Positions 1-12,772 of a stretch of DNA of 64,000 bases are shown one piece after another. The DNA comes from Ramazzottius varieornatus (lineage: Eukaryota > Animalia > Tardigrada), in contig BDGG01000003.1 in NCBI GenBank assembly GCA_001949185.1, positions 2,173,663 through 2,237,662 on the forward strand. The letters run 5' to 3'. Below the pieces are notes generated by a model, which was not told the origin of the DNA, searched no databases, and worked only from the letters and a program-made list of their open reading frames with translations. The first letter of the stretch is position 1. The number at the start of each line of letters is the position of its first letter. Made by a program: the position numbers and the translations under genes.

Positions 1-3000
1 GACAAAAGTCGCACTTCCCCTGTATCCGTCTCTGGCAGAGAAGTTCAGGACAATTCATGTTCAGAAACCTCTGTCACGGACAGCAGTAAAGATTCACTAC
101 GTCAATGCCGAAGCTGAGGCGCTTGAATCTGCGATAGATCAATTTGTCGAGGTAACTCGAAGTTCCGTTTTTATTTCTGAGTTCACATTTTTATTTTTGC
201 TTCATCTTCCAGTCGAATATAACGGTCAATTTTCAACGCCATCCCTTGTACGTTTACCTGAACGAATACCTGAAAGCAATAACAACCTACGAAGCCACGT
301 TAACCGACTTGAAGCAGTTGGAGAAAGCCTACGAAACAGCGAAAGAGGCTGTTTGGCAGATCACAGACAACAAAGTGAAAGAACACGGTCGGTGCGCGGA
401 CAACAGGCACGTCACGGGAGAGCATTTCTACCGTCAGTGCCACCTGAACAAGAATTCCCTCGCACAAGTCGAAGCCAACCTGGAAAAGATCCGCGAGAAC
501 CTCTTTCGAACGTCTTTCGCCCACAAGTGCACAGCGGAGCTCGCGAGGTTCCAGGTCACCGCGTACCTGTACGACTCGGTGAAGAACAATCCGATGACGG
601 CAGCGATAAGAGACAGCTCACCTCTCGTCTCAAGACCGGAATTCGTCAAGCTACAGGAAACTTCGGAGTTACGATTGTGCGTTGGGATTTTGTTTGCTTT
701 CCACCGAATTCCCATAGGTAATTTAATTCTACTGCATCTGCTAGTCTGGTAGGCTTGGAGCCTACTCGGTATGTCATACAGTAGGATGAATTGACTCAAT
801 ACCTCGAAGTCGCTTTTTGTTCGAAATTTGGAAGTGACATGTTATGTTTACAGGAAGCGAGAAGTTTCGCGCGGATATCAGAGCATGGCTGACCGAAATT
901 GTAGGTACGCTACTCCGCACCAGCACATTCTACGACCAACTCTTCGTGCTCAGCCACCTGCTGCGCAGTCCTTCTCCCGTCGTTCAATGGGCTTCCCACT
1001 TCCTCCAGCTTTCCCTCCCTACACAGTTCGCCAACAGGAACTGTCAGGACCCTTTTGTTAAACACTTCACTGTGATGCTCCGTTGTCTTCTCACTCCCAC
1101 CAAAGCTCGCGACGACTTCCTGTCCTCCTTCGCCATCAACCAGCCCAGCTCTGGCGAAGATCCCGACTCGAGCTGGATCGTCGTCGACCCTGACGCCGAA
1201 GGGCACGACACCATGCGGGCGACAACCACGATGGAAGTGCAGGAAGGTGATGTGTTCTGCCTGTTGAGACAATTCAGGTTCGACCAACTGTATGCTTGTC
1301 TCTTTGGGTCGGACTGTCTGGATCTGGAACCGTTTACTGTGATAAGCGACCACGACGTGCTAAGTCTATTCGGGTTTTGTTACGACTTCTTGGAAATGCT
1401 CGTGGAAGGTCTGTCGAACACCATGCTGAATAAGTACCCGAGGTACAATAAGAGACTCGCACAGATCATTCGAGACCTTGCTATCCATTTGAAAGAATTT
1501 TGGCAGAGGCTGAAGGAAGCCAAAGAAGATGATAACACGATAGTGAAAAATTTGCAGGTATGGTTTCTCGACAAATTAATAGGAAAAGTATGAAAACAGA
1601 GTCTTTTTTCTACAGATTAATTTTGAGGAGCTGCTGATGAAAGGTTTCGAACTTCTGACGCACAACGGTCGAACTGGAACTCTGCAGTTCCTGGTTGGAT
1701 GGCCGACCTCAGGTCTTTCTTCTCCAAACATCTGGCGAGCTGTCGTCTCGCTCGAAGCTCCTCCTGACGCTGACACGTCCTACCACCACGACACTACCTT
1801 CTGGAAGAGCGCCTTGACGCAGCTGCACAGCGGCTCGAAGCTGGAAGAGAAGTTGCGGTCGTTGGACGAGAGCAACGCGACGTACCTGCTCACAGCACTA
1901 GCTGGTCTCGTGCAGAAGTGTGATAGCTCTATGATGGATTTGGTCGAGGCGGTCTCGATGGAAATTCTGAAGATTTCCTTCCTGGGTTCACAACGAGTCA
2001 CGTACGCAAAGACTGGTCGCGATCTGATCTCAGCGATCTGTGTAGACCATCCGGGGTTGATATCTGAAGTGCTGCTATTCGTGAAGAAGAACATGGAACA
2101 GATAGGCTCGATGGGGTATTTTTTGTTTCAAGAAATGCCTTTGAAGTTGTGGAGTATCGATCGCGGAGACCTTGAAACTGTCTGTGAGTATAAATGGCCA
2201 AATTGTTCCACCGTTGGTTTAATCAGAGTTTCTTGTTTGTTTTGAAGGCGAATGGTTGGTGAATTCTTCGAGTATCCAAGATCCAACTTGTCTGCTAGCC
2301 AGAGAAATCCTCTCGAACCTCAACTGGGGTTTCGGTGAGCGTGGCGAGCTGTTCATCAAGTCGACTTACCAGCAGTACGTCGCAGTAGCGATTGTCGAAG
2401 CCTTCCTAAAGTTCATCTCGTCGAAACAACGCCGGCAAGCCATGTACGAGAGTCTGTTACGACTCTCCAACATGATCACTACTGGTAAGTCCACTTTTAC
2501 TTCGGTGTTGAGTCTCTTTGGAATTTATAGAACAAGGTTGGGAGCTCGGCGAAAAAGTTGACAAGATGGTTTTCCGAAGTGACGCACGCGTCCTGTGTTA
2601 CTGGCTGGAGCCGTGCCTCACTGGAGCCAAACGATCTTTTCGAGCTTGTTGGCCGACCCCCCAATTAGTCGTTTTACTGATCGCAATTTGATCTCAGGCA
2701 AGCTGACGCCCGAGCAGCACTTCGTCAGTTGGTGCTGGGAAGTTCTCCTCGACCAGCGACTTCATCGACTGACCCAGTCCCCCGACGTCTTCGCTCATGT
2801 CCGGGGGAGCTCCGTTCTTGACGAAGACGTCAAGAGCATGACACAAGATATTGCTGTCATGAGTCCTTTACAAGCAGCAGAACAGCGTCAACCGCTTGCC
2901 TGCTACGTCGCAGTAATGATGACAGAAGTTGGTCATTCCACTGGCGGGATTCTCGGCCACGGCATCGACTGGATCTCCGCCCTGGTCGAGAACTACCTCT

Positions 3001-6000
3001 ACGTTCCGGCACTTCAAGTCTTGGAGACTGTCACACCGCTGTTCTTTCACAATAACCAATATGTGTATCTGTTACAGCAAGACCAGTTTCATTACGTGAT
3101 TAACATGTTGCTTCAAGCTGACGCAACATACATAAGAACCGTGAAGAACCTGCTGGTCTCCGACTTCCCAGGCAAAACACTGAAGGTAAACCGAAGGTCG
3201 CGAATCCTCAAACCGGGAGCCCGGCCAGAACTTACGAAAGTGGCGCACGCCTAAGGGCTGAAACCGGGCGCCACTTGGGAGAGCGATCTGGACGGGTTCG
3301 TTGGCCCAGCTCCTAAATACTGACAAATTGCACATACAAAATTCAAGCTTTTAGTATGCATCTGAGTCTCATTCTCGAGTTTATTTGATTTAACGGTTTG
3401 ATGCCATTTTTCGTCAGAGTTTTGGGAACATGTTGGTGCATCAGCTTCTTCACTCGGGTCCGAACCTTCCTCTAGCCTTGAAGTTGTGGATCAACATCTT
3501 TACGTCTCTAAAGAGCTGGAACCGCACGCGCGAAGTTCTCTACCTTCTCGACCAGATCGTCAAGTTTTCGTTCTACGCCAACGAGCTTGAAACAGTCATG
3601 TCCGTTCTGCAAGAAGCTAACGAGGAATACCGACAGAGCAAACCAGCACGCGGTGGCGGGGCCATGAGCTCCTTGGTGTCATGGATGACGGTGGGCTCAG
3701 CACCATCGTATGTCCTCATCGATGGGGCCAGACTAGCCGAGTATGCTAACAAGTTTTCCTTTCTACGGCATTCCAGTCTTATTTACTGTTTTCTTACTTT
3801 CTGATCATATTCATTGATCATTGATCATATGTATTTGGGACATGGCAGATAGTCTGAACAGATGGTTTTCCAACAAGCGGCGCACAGTGTCAGCCAGCAA
3901 CAAAAAAAGTGCGCCACTTGGGAGGATAATCTGGTTCAGTACATCAGCTCGTATCTCATTTGTGCTGTAGTATGTGCAGCTTTTTTAGTTGTCTTTAGAC
4001 TTTAGTTGATTAGTTTTGGGTTGCAGATTTTCTTGGTTGGCGTACATCGTGCTCAAGGTAGAGTCCGAAAGTACAGCAGCCTTGTGGCAGTCTACAGTCA
4101 AACACTTGACTGGCCCCAAGAGGCGAACGTTCGAAGAAGGGTTGAAGAAAGCGAGCAATGAGCTGAACGTTCCACTTCCGTCTGTAGCTGACTTGCCGTT
4201 GACAAGAGCCGCAGAGTTGATCGTGGCGGTCGATCCACAAACAGAAGTACTTCCGTTGCTGTGCCAAGAGTTCTTCCGCCTATTTCTACAACGGTCGCCC
4301 ACTCAGATGTCGGTCGGTGACCAGTTTTTCCTTTCACCAGTTGGAACAAGGCTGCAGAAACCCATCAAGCAGAAGCTGAAAGACGTTGTTGAAGTCTACC
4401 GGAAGAAAGGAACGGAAAACGGAAACGTATCCGCCGAATTTTTCCGAGTAAGGAAATCAATGCGTTGATGTTTTCAGTTAACTTGCGCATGGCGTCACCA
4501 CGGACTACATTAATAATACCGAGTTGTTTATGCGCTATCCGGGTATTGTCTATCATCCGAGTTTCATGCGGAGTAATGGTGTTACAATAACTCAGTATCA
4601 CACCACAGCTTTGATCTTACTAATGAAGAACTATCTTCCCTCAGGAACTGGCGCATGCGATGATGGCTTTCTCCTTCTGGATCGACGAGCCTAAGCTTCA
4701 CCAAGCCAACTTGTACCTGCCCTCACTTCCATCAGGCTACGAGCCTGAACTTCTCAGCACCGTTTTCAGTTCTAGTTCACTTCCGTGGACCCACTTCGTC
4801 GATGTCCAGACCATCTACTCGTCGATGAGGGCCCAAGCGGAACACTGGCTGCCTTTCGACATTCGTCTTCCGCGACGTCATGTCGCCCTACTGTCTTCCC
4901 CAACCAGAAGTCAGGACTCGCCACTTCCAGCGCCGTCTGCCTTCTCCCGCGCACCGTCTTTCGTCCCGGTCGATGAGAAGTACCTGTTTGACCCTTCGAA
5001 AGTTCTCTTCACACTTCGTCCCGACCTGACAGGTGAAAATAAACACTAACCCCTCCATGCACCTGCGTACCTTTATGTCTTGTACCGTATGCTGTATGCA
5101 TGTGCTTGACACCTGGTTTATTGCGTTTGAGCTGTCTTTAGAATGACATGTCTTTTGGTATGTTGTAGCCATTCAAGAAGCTGCCAAGAGTTTTGTGGCC
5201 AGGTTCACCGAATTGGCCGCACTCGATGGCTTCTTCATCGAGCTCGCCGCCGACCTCAACACCAACATCGAGAAAGAAACGACTGTCTTTGCCTCCTGTC
5301 AAAAAGGCCAATGTGCTGGTCCTGCTGAGATCAAGCTCAAGTTCAAAGAGTTCACTAGGAACGAGCCCGTCCACAGAACCTACCTACAAAACCGAGAAGA
5401 CTGGGCGAAGCTCGCCTCAGCTGCCAAAAACCTCGAACTGAAACCCGTAGTCATGAGCGTGGTCAGGTTCGAGCGCGCCATCTCGTTACTCATCGACACA
5501 TTCCAGAAGAAACCTGACCCGAAGGTGGCTGAAGTAGGGGCCATCCTCTTCTACCATATGTTGCTCTTCATTGGCGATGAAACCGAGGAGCATCCGCTAG
5601 CGAAGAAGCTGTTTCAGTCGTGCGTCGATGTTTTAGGACAGTATTTCATAGCGAACCAACAGAGTCAGTGTGGACCGTTGCTCGAGACGTTCTTGAATAA
5701 TCATCGAGCCATTCCCATGCTCGTTCCGCACTTTACACCACACAGTGTGCCCTTGCAGTTCTTGCCGATGTACCGGAGGATCCAGCAAGCCTTACAGGTA
5801 AATTCGTGTTCACAGGGAGGCACGGCCTTTACGGAACAAGTCGTCTGAACAAGGCTGTGCCATTGATGACATCGATTGGCTTTACTGGGTTTTCAGGCCG
5901 AGCCAAGCTAGGCCCTTCTAAGTCTGTCGAGATTTCAATGGACGATCAGATCCTTCGAGCTTTCACATATCGCAAACTCTGTACTGAAAACACATGCGTA

Positions 6001-8647
6001 ACTTGATCCGGGTCACAGAAATTTTTTACTCGCAAGTGCAACGTAACACAGTAGAAGTGTGTGGCCTATAATCTTTTGCCTCCTTTGCTCGGCCTTCCCA
6101 GTGGTCAGAACCATTAGCTAGTCTTATTGCAGGGCTCGAACAACGAAGATCTGACACAGATCCTTTCGACCTTCAATGTGGAAATCTGGTTGAACGATCC
6201 ACAAATCCAGGGACCGGCTCGAACAGAACTGATGAATTGCATCGCTCAAGGTATCGCCCAACTAGGCAGCGTACTCTCCTTTCAAGACCAGCCACTCTTT
6301 GAGACGTACGCCTTCCACCTACGGTCCGTCCTGGCGTACCGCTTTCCTCTTCATGCCTTCGATGTGTTACGTATGCTGCTAGACCTGTCGGGCAAGAACC
6401 TTCTTCCATCTTCAGGTACAGAAATCTTGTCGAAACTTTCCTCACTTTTTATACAGCACTAAAGTGTTTCTAGGCTGGTTTTCGTGCTTCCTTGTCGTCC
6501 TGGGTCTGTCTTCTAACATAGACGAAGGACCACTGAATTTGGAAGCCCTGAAGAAACAGCGGGCGACAATCGAAGAAGTTCTCCCCAGCGGGAGACTCAC
6601 ATTGGACTTGGCCTACGGACTGACTACCGACATCGTCCGCTTCTTCACCGACTTCCGCTTCTCCAACAAGACAGCCAAAACATTCGGCCTCTTCGCTGTC
6701 TTTAAAGCCTACGTCGGAGGTCTGGCCGTCCTCTTCATGACACTCTCTTGCATCGTCCTCAAAGAAGAACGGAGTCTGGCCAACGTCTTCAACCACGCTG
6801 TCACTCTCTGGATACCTTGGATGGACACTCTGGCCATCGAAGATAAACAGCGCTCACCGTTCCTCCAAGCAGACATTCCCGACGCAGTGGTCCTCATCAC
6901 CTCACTTCGGTTAATGTTCGAGTCTTTCACAGAGAAGAACGCCAAAGTGCTGAACCAAGTTTGGTCTTGGTACTACGCCAACTTTGCCACCACGGACATT
7001 GAAAGTCACGTCTTGGGTGCCGTCTCAGCTGAACTGGGCAAACTCTCGTGGGAGAAGTTCCTGCCTGACTTGTCTTTTGTCGAGAGTCTGCTGGCTGTCA
7101 CCAGGAGTGGTCCTCATGGAGCTCGACTCTTCGGAGCGGTGGTGGTGGGAAAAGTTCAGTGGGGAGTGGCGGCGTTGACTGTCATGAAGAACAACGCTCA
7201 GTTTTGTGAAAGTCTAATTGAGATATTCCTCTTTTACTGCAGTGATGTGTCCTTCCGACCTTTCGCTGCCGAAGTCAGCAGCTTGCTGGACAGTACCAAA
7301 GATTTCGACTGGAGTTTCCTGGATTGGAGAACGGTGGCGCAAGCTGTGCGTCTGCTGTCAGGAGAACCGGAAGCTGTAGCGACGTGGATTGAAAGGGATA
7401 TTGAAGAAGCGCCAATCTTCTCTCTTTTGAAGCGGGTGACGGAGTTCAACCAAGACAATGCCAGCACGAACCCAAGTACGACGGGAAAACGTGGGTTGTT
7501 CGTCAGAATTTTCGGGAGAGCGGTGTTGACGTACTATGCTAAGAAAGACACGAGTCGGATTCTGGGCTTTCCTCAAACGTTGGCGGAGGAGATTGAAGAT
7601 GCATGGTTGTCAGCAGAGCCGTCAGTTCGTTACCACGGGTATGTGTCTACAGCTTGTGAGCTGTACAGTCTGTCCAATTACATCTCAGACCCCAAAGTTG
7701 AGAACCTGTTTCGAAGCGGCATGTTGATTTGGATCGCGCAGAATCCCAGTAGTCCGCTGTTAATCCCCATGATTACGGCGGCCTGTCGATGTGTGGGGAA
7801 CATCAGTGATATGGCTACTTACACGGAAACGATCATGGTTTCGTCGTTTCGAGCCGTCGGAAGAACCGAATGGGCACCTGTGGTGGCAGCGCTCGAAGCT
7901 CCCGAGTTGACTGCTCAGGAGTTCGTGAAGGAATGTCTGAACAAGCAGAGTTTCCTGACGTTAAGCGCCCATTTTAGTCGCACAATCAAGCCAGAAGTCA
8001 ATCAACTGACAGGGCCACGTTCCGGCGGCAACCAATCAAGCAATGACGGGGCGTATCCCAGCTTGTCTGGCTTGGGCCAACCACAATTGGAGAAAGACGG
8101 GTATGGGCGGGGTCTCGATCAACTGAGGGAAATCGTTGATTGGTGTCAAGTCAGACCAGCTCCCGAAAACGAAGCCAGAGTCTTTCCGCTGTGGGCTCAA
8201 GTCCTGATGTTGGCTTCGCTACTGGAAAAGACTTCGGAAGAAGGTTGGAAAATGGCAATGAGGCAGTTCGTGGAATGGGTGTTGGGGATGGCAGAAGAAA
8301 AGGGCGGGTTGTTGAGCGCCATCGGGGTGGGCAAACAAGCCGCGCTGTCCCGACCCTTCAAAGTGGTGGCGCGAAGTTTGGCTGCTGTGGCGGCACCATT
8401 AGTTCCTTCGACCAGAACGTCGGGGAAGTCGGCGACATTGGCCGTGGATGCCAGGAATGCCTATGACGCCATGAAGTCGAAGAAGGATTACCAAGTGTAC
8501 GCGGAAAACTGGCCTGTTGTCGATCAGTACATTGCGTCACAAGGCTCGTTAACTTGGCAGGATGTCAGGAATGTGTTGTGCGAATTGCTGAAGAATCTGT
8601 TTAGACAGAATCAGTTTTTAACAGAGATTATTTCTTCCGCTGTCTAG
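1..8647 (+). CDS. EPG5: Ectopic P-granules autophagy protein 5 homolog (multi-exon, 5' end outside window)
   Basis: Chain of long + strand ORFs (246-752, 844-1593, 1637-2245, 2595-3254, 3430-3804, 4016-4468, 4660-5049, 5195-5848, 6127-6462, 6464-8647) joined by GT-AG introns. Motifs such as 'DQLFVLSHLLRSP', 'LSNLNWG' and 'WIDEPKLHQANLYLPSLP' resemble EPG5. Stop TAG ends at 8647. Confidence 0.85.
2537..2666. repeat. Palindromic ~130-bp element copy 1 (EPG5 intron)
   Basis: ttgggagctcggc..agatggttttccgaagtgacgcac / gtgcctcactggagccaaacgatct..gccgaccccccaa. Confidence 0.75.
3213..3316. repeat. Palindromic element copy 2 (EPG5 intron)
   Basis: aagtggcgcac..gggcgccacttgggagagcgatctg. Confidence 0.75.
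3835..3958. repeat. Palindromic element copy 3 (EPG5 intron)
   Basis: ctgaacagatggttttccaacaagcggcgcac..gtgcgccacttgggaggataatctggttcag. Confidence 0.8.
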
Positions 8648-9209
8648 AGTTACCGAATCGGTTTCCAGAATAGTCTTTTTTATACCGTTGTTTTATCTTC
8701 AGATTTTTTAGTGGATTTTCCAAAAGTAAACCATGTCGAAGCGTTGAAAGGTCTACAAGTCAGTTTTGCGACCCTTCAAGATGAATGTCGTTGGTGAAGA
8801 GAGATAGAACGTGGGCGTAAGTTCAAGTTCGTAATGTAGATGGTTCTTTCAGAGGGAAAGTGACTTTGCAGGGATTAATGGACGAGTTGCTCCAAAACGG
8901 CATGCTGCACTACAAACATCAGGCCTCGACCCAGAAGTTCTTCTCCAGTTTCAAAAATTCATTAATCATTGGCTTCTCTGCTTTCGATCGTCATGTTCGC
9001 GATGCTCATTTCCGGCAACCGTTCCCCACGAAGAACACGGAAGGAGAACCTACAGTTCAGAATCTCAGACTTTCTATAAGCAGTTCTTTCCCTATGGGAG
9101 CGTCCATGAGTACGAGACTCTCCTCGTATTCGGCCAGGGTTTTGGGTCTTCGACGCCTGTCGCAGATCACGGAGCACGGGCTTTGTCGGTCATGAGTCTC
9201 ATGATCCAA

Positions 9210-9355
9210 ATGGGAGACCGGTCAAACCGGTGAAGCTCAAAGAAACGCCCAGATCGTGACTTTCCAAAGTGGCGCGCGCTCCCAGTTGATAACAATGCGA
9301 GCGTGCGCCACTTGTTATAACAATTTCATACATTTCCGTTTGCCGATCTCCCGAA
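9210..9355. repeat. Palindromic element copy 4 (between convergent EPG5 and Ig-gene 3' ends)
   Basis: tgggagaccggtcaaac..agatcgtgactttccaaagtggcgcgc..gtgcgccacttg..tttgccgatctccc. Confidence 0.8.
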
Positions 9356-9723
9356 TTCTGCATGATGTAATCTCTTTGATAAAATTTGCTTTATCTACAA
9401 TCGAAGCCAGTCGGATCAACGTTAAGTGGATCAGTTTAATGACAAACCGTATAAGGAAGCTCATTACAGCAACAGCAAGTTCAACTACAGCCGATTGATT
9501 ATAATTAATGATGTAAAGGGTACGCCAGTCACTGGCAAATACACCAGAGGAAAACCTTGGCTACAAAACTCATCTTTGCCGCATCAGCGTTTCTCATTCT
9601 AGACCAGCTGCGTGTAACTGTTTACGAGGTGGGTTGTTGTCAGGGTCAAATGTCAGGTCACAACAGTGCCAATATTTATAAAAAGCCTTGTGTTCTGGGT
9701 TTTGGCCTGGATCCCTCCCCGCT

Positions 9724-10667
9724 TCAAGGCGCTTCGACGTACGAGAAGACCGTCGCAAAGTTCTCTCCGTTGGCATTCTTGGCACGGCAAGTATACTTGC
9801 CTGCATCCTTGGGCGTAATCTTGCGGATTTCCACAGCGGCTATCCAGCCGTTCCCGTCCTTCCGCATAGAAACGCTGCGTCGCTGGTCGTTCTTCTTGAT
9901 CAGGTCATCCAAATGATACCAGTTGGCTTCCGGTTGAACGTCCGAGTGGATACGACATTCCAGGACGATATAATCACCGTTGGCGTCTTCCACTTGACGG
10001 ATGGTCGGCTCGTCGAGCTTTGGTGCTAGCGGGTTGATACTCGCCCGCCTACAGACAAAACGTAAGGGTGGCGGGAGTGTAGAACTCAATTGTCAAACCC
10101 CAAACTGGGACGTCGGCAAGTCACTTGATTGTTACGCCAAGTGGCGCATACTTTCGGCTTACAACAATAAAGCCGTGCGGCACTTTGACACTGAGATAAC
10201 GATCGTCTTTAGCTCGTTGCCGACGTTTCAATTGGTCGTTTTACCGTATTCCACCGATTGGTAATCCTTCGAATATATCCACGCTTGCACGTCTAGATAG
10301 AAAAACGGCTTCTTCACGTGGCAGGAACATCCACATTAGTCCGGAAGGCCTTACCTGCCGGTACTAGGAATCTGGTCAGCAGTAACGCTACTACGCCTGG
10401 GGAGACCGAAAAAAGAGTACAACGCAATTATTATATGGAAATAAGCATCTAACCCAAGTGTTTATTTTAACGAGGTATCCCGCTGACTACCTTCGCTCAA
10501 AAGCGGCACTTGGCGCTGGTCTTCCTGCTTCCTGTGTACTACTGTGTAAAAAAAAACCCGAAAAATTTGGCACTGGATACAGGTAACAGTAAGAACAAAT
10601 AACCATCCGTCTACTTATTCTTGCTTTTTAGGAAGGGGGGCATGGGAAGAACTGTGCGGAGGTCCAT
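9724..10667 (-). CDS. Small intracellular single Ig I-set domain protein (twitchin/DIM-1-like Ig) preceded by three RRxS micro-exons; 5' end uncertain
   Basis: Terminal exon 9724-10048 encodes an I-set domain (LECRI..W..DAGKYTCRAKN). Micro-exons 10245-10292, 10355-10396 and 10491-10541 splice in frame with GT-AG. Candidate ATG at 10667, but more upstream exons are possible. Confidence 0.7.
10103..10233. repeat. Palindromic element copy 5 (Ig-gene intron)
   Basis: aactgggacgtcggcaag..ccaagtggcgca..gtgcggcacttt..ttgccgacgtttcaatt. Confidence 0.8.
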
Positions 10668-12772
10668 GGGCTGGTTTGGCACTCGAGTTGGTAGTTCCCC
10701 CTCTGAAAACCATACGACAATAGACTGTTTCAGGAACCATGAAATGTCAGATTGTTCGCTGGAAGTCTCAAGACCTAGAAAGCACTTTCGGAACTGGTGG
10801 ACGTTCGACGTACTTGACCGCGCTAGCCACGTTATGTATCATGATGAAGGCAACAAGGACAGGGAAATTCCAAGGCAAATGGCAACCTTGGCAGAAACGA
10901 CTCGGAGTGGAAGTACTTGACCGGGATGATCTGAGGGGTTCCAAGAATGGCCAACAAGTAAGGTAAAGTAGCGATCAGACGTCCGCGAACGAAGTTTCAA
11001 CTAATGTCAATGTCGACGGCGATAACGTGTTAGCGAAAGAAGCGCCGATGACTGACTTGCGAGTTCTTCGATCTTGCACGGCCGGCAATACAAGCCAGCT
11101 GTCGACGTAAGTGCACTGTAGTACCCTTGGTACCATCATTAGCTGTGTTATATTTGGGGACTGTTATTTGAATCACGCAGAAGTTTGCTGGTAAGAAAGA
11201 AACAACACACGCCATGTGTCGTAGTATGACGCGCCCAGTATCTTTTCCCAAAGAAAGCATTGGCGCCGCGTTTATCCTCTGAGTTCTGCACTGCGAAACC
11301 AGAGACCGTGTTGCACAACGCGTATTGCATCGGCTTTCGCAGATTTACCCTTCGGGGTTCTTCTGGAAGGCTTCTGATCCGGAAGAGCTATCAACGTAAT
11401 GGCAGAGGCTCGTGGCGATATCGACGGCCGATGTCAGTTTCGAAATGGTTTTGAGCGGATGTTGTTTTCGGTGCTCTACTTTTAATCGTTATTTCCAGAG
11501 GGTGGTTTGGATTTTATTTGTGACCACAAAATTTCCGCCGCTGGAAAATAAAGTTAATACTTCCTAAAAAGACTGAATTCGATCACGCCAAAACTCTGAC
11601 TCGTTTTCTTAAGAAACTAGTCAACTGGCCTTTGCGGTTTGTGGCGAAACAGATGTGTTGAAGAAAGAAAACTTTTCCAGCAGAGCAGCCATTTTACGAA
11701 ACAATGCCGAAAAGAAATATTGTAAATGCGGCATGTTTGGATATTGTTCTCTCCTTCGATGGAGAATCGATACTCGCGCCAACTGTTTTCCCACTCTGAT
11801 ACATTAACGTTTCGTCACATCATTGTAAGAGCTTTTGAGTACCACGCCTCAAAGTCTCAAAGTCAAGGAATGTGATGAAACATGGTATACCGTTTTTTTC
11901 CCGACCCTGCATAGGCGTTGACGCAGCTGATCAAAGGTGACTGCGCAACTCTTAACGACTAAGGGATGTAACAGCGACTTTTTCCTCGTCACGTAGGGAG
12001 TTCATTAAGGCAAGCCTCATATATTACAGTCGCCTTGCAGTACCCAAAGCCACTTGCAGTACCATTCAAACAGTAGGCTATCCACATGAATAAGTGAGAT
12101 GCTAGAGTTGGAAATTAGCTTTCGAAAGTCCTAAATATGCTATTGATAGTACCGAAAATTCGTCCGTAATCCCCGTAGTCCGCGTTATGGCTGCTTTGGT
12201 CAGCGTGTCCGTCCGGTTTGCCGCAGTTGCTCCTATTGGGCTGTCAAATGGAGCTAGTGGGTCGCCGAAAGCTCAACTACGGGTTGTTCGACAAATAAAC
12301 CAATTTACCATTTTACACGGGACTGAAGCGTCCGTATTTTGCCTCTCGCACTCTTCACGCTTTTCCCGTCACGTGTAATTAGCTGTAGGGTTCCAAGCAA
12401 GAGCCGGGGTAAAGCACGCGAGACTAACTCAGTGCGTTCCGTCAGCACAAGCGAGCTTGGAAATGCTCTCTAGCTTGGCTCGATCAGCTCATTTCACCAT
12501 AATGAACGGCATATTCAGGAGCGACCACCGGTTAGCAGCTATCCAATGGAAACTTCCAGGCCCAAGCCCCAGCGACTAATGCGTTCTCCCGTCTGTGACA
12601 ACCGGAGTCATAGCGAAGGTTGTATTATGGTTCAGCAGGTTAATGCAGGTCGTAATTGATACTAGAAACACTGAAAATTACATTGCGATTTCCACATAAC
12701 ATGATAGCCTCTGCAGTCCGAGTCAGGTATCCAAAGAGCTGTACTACTGTAACAAGAGGACGAGCGTGTTAT

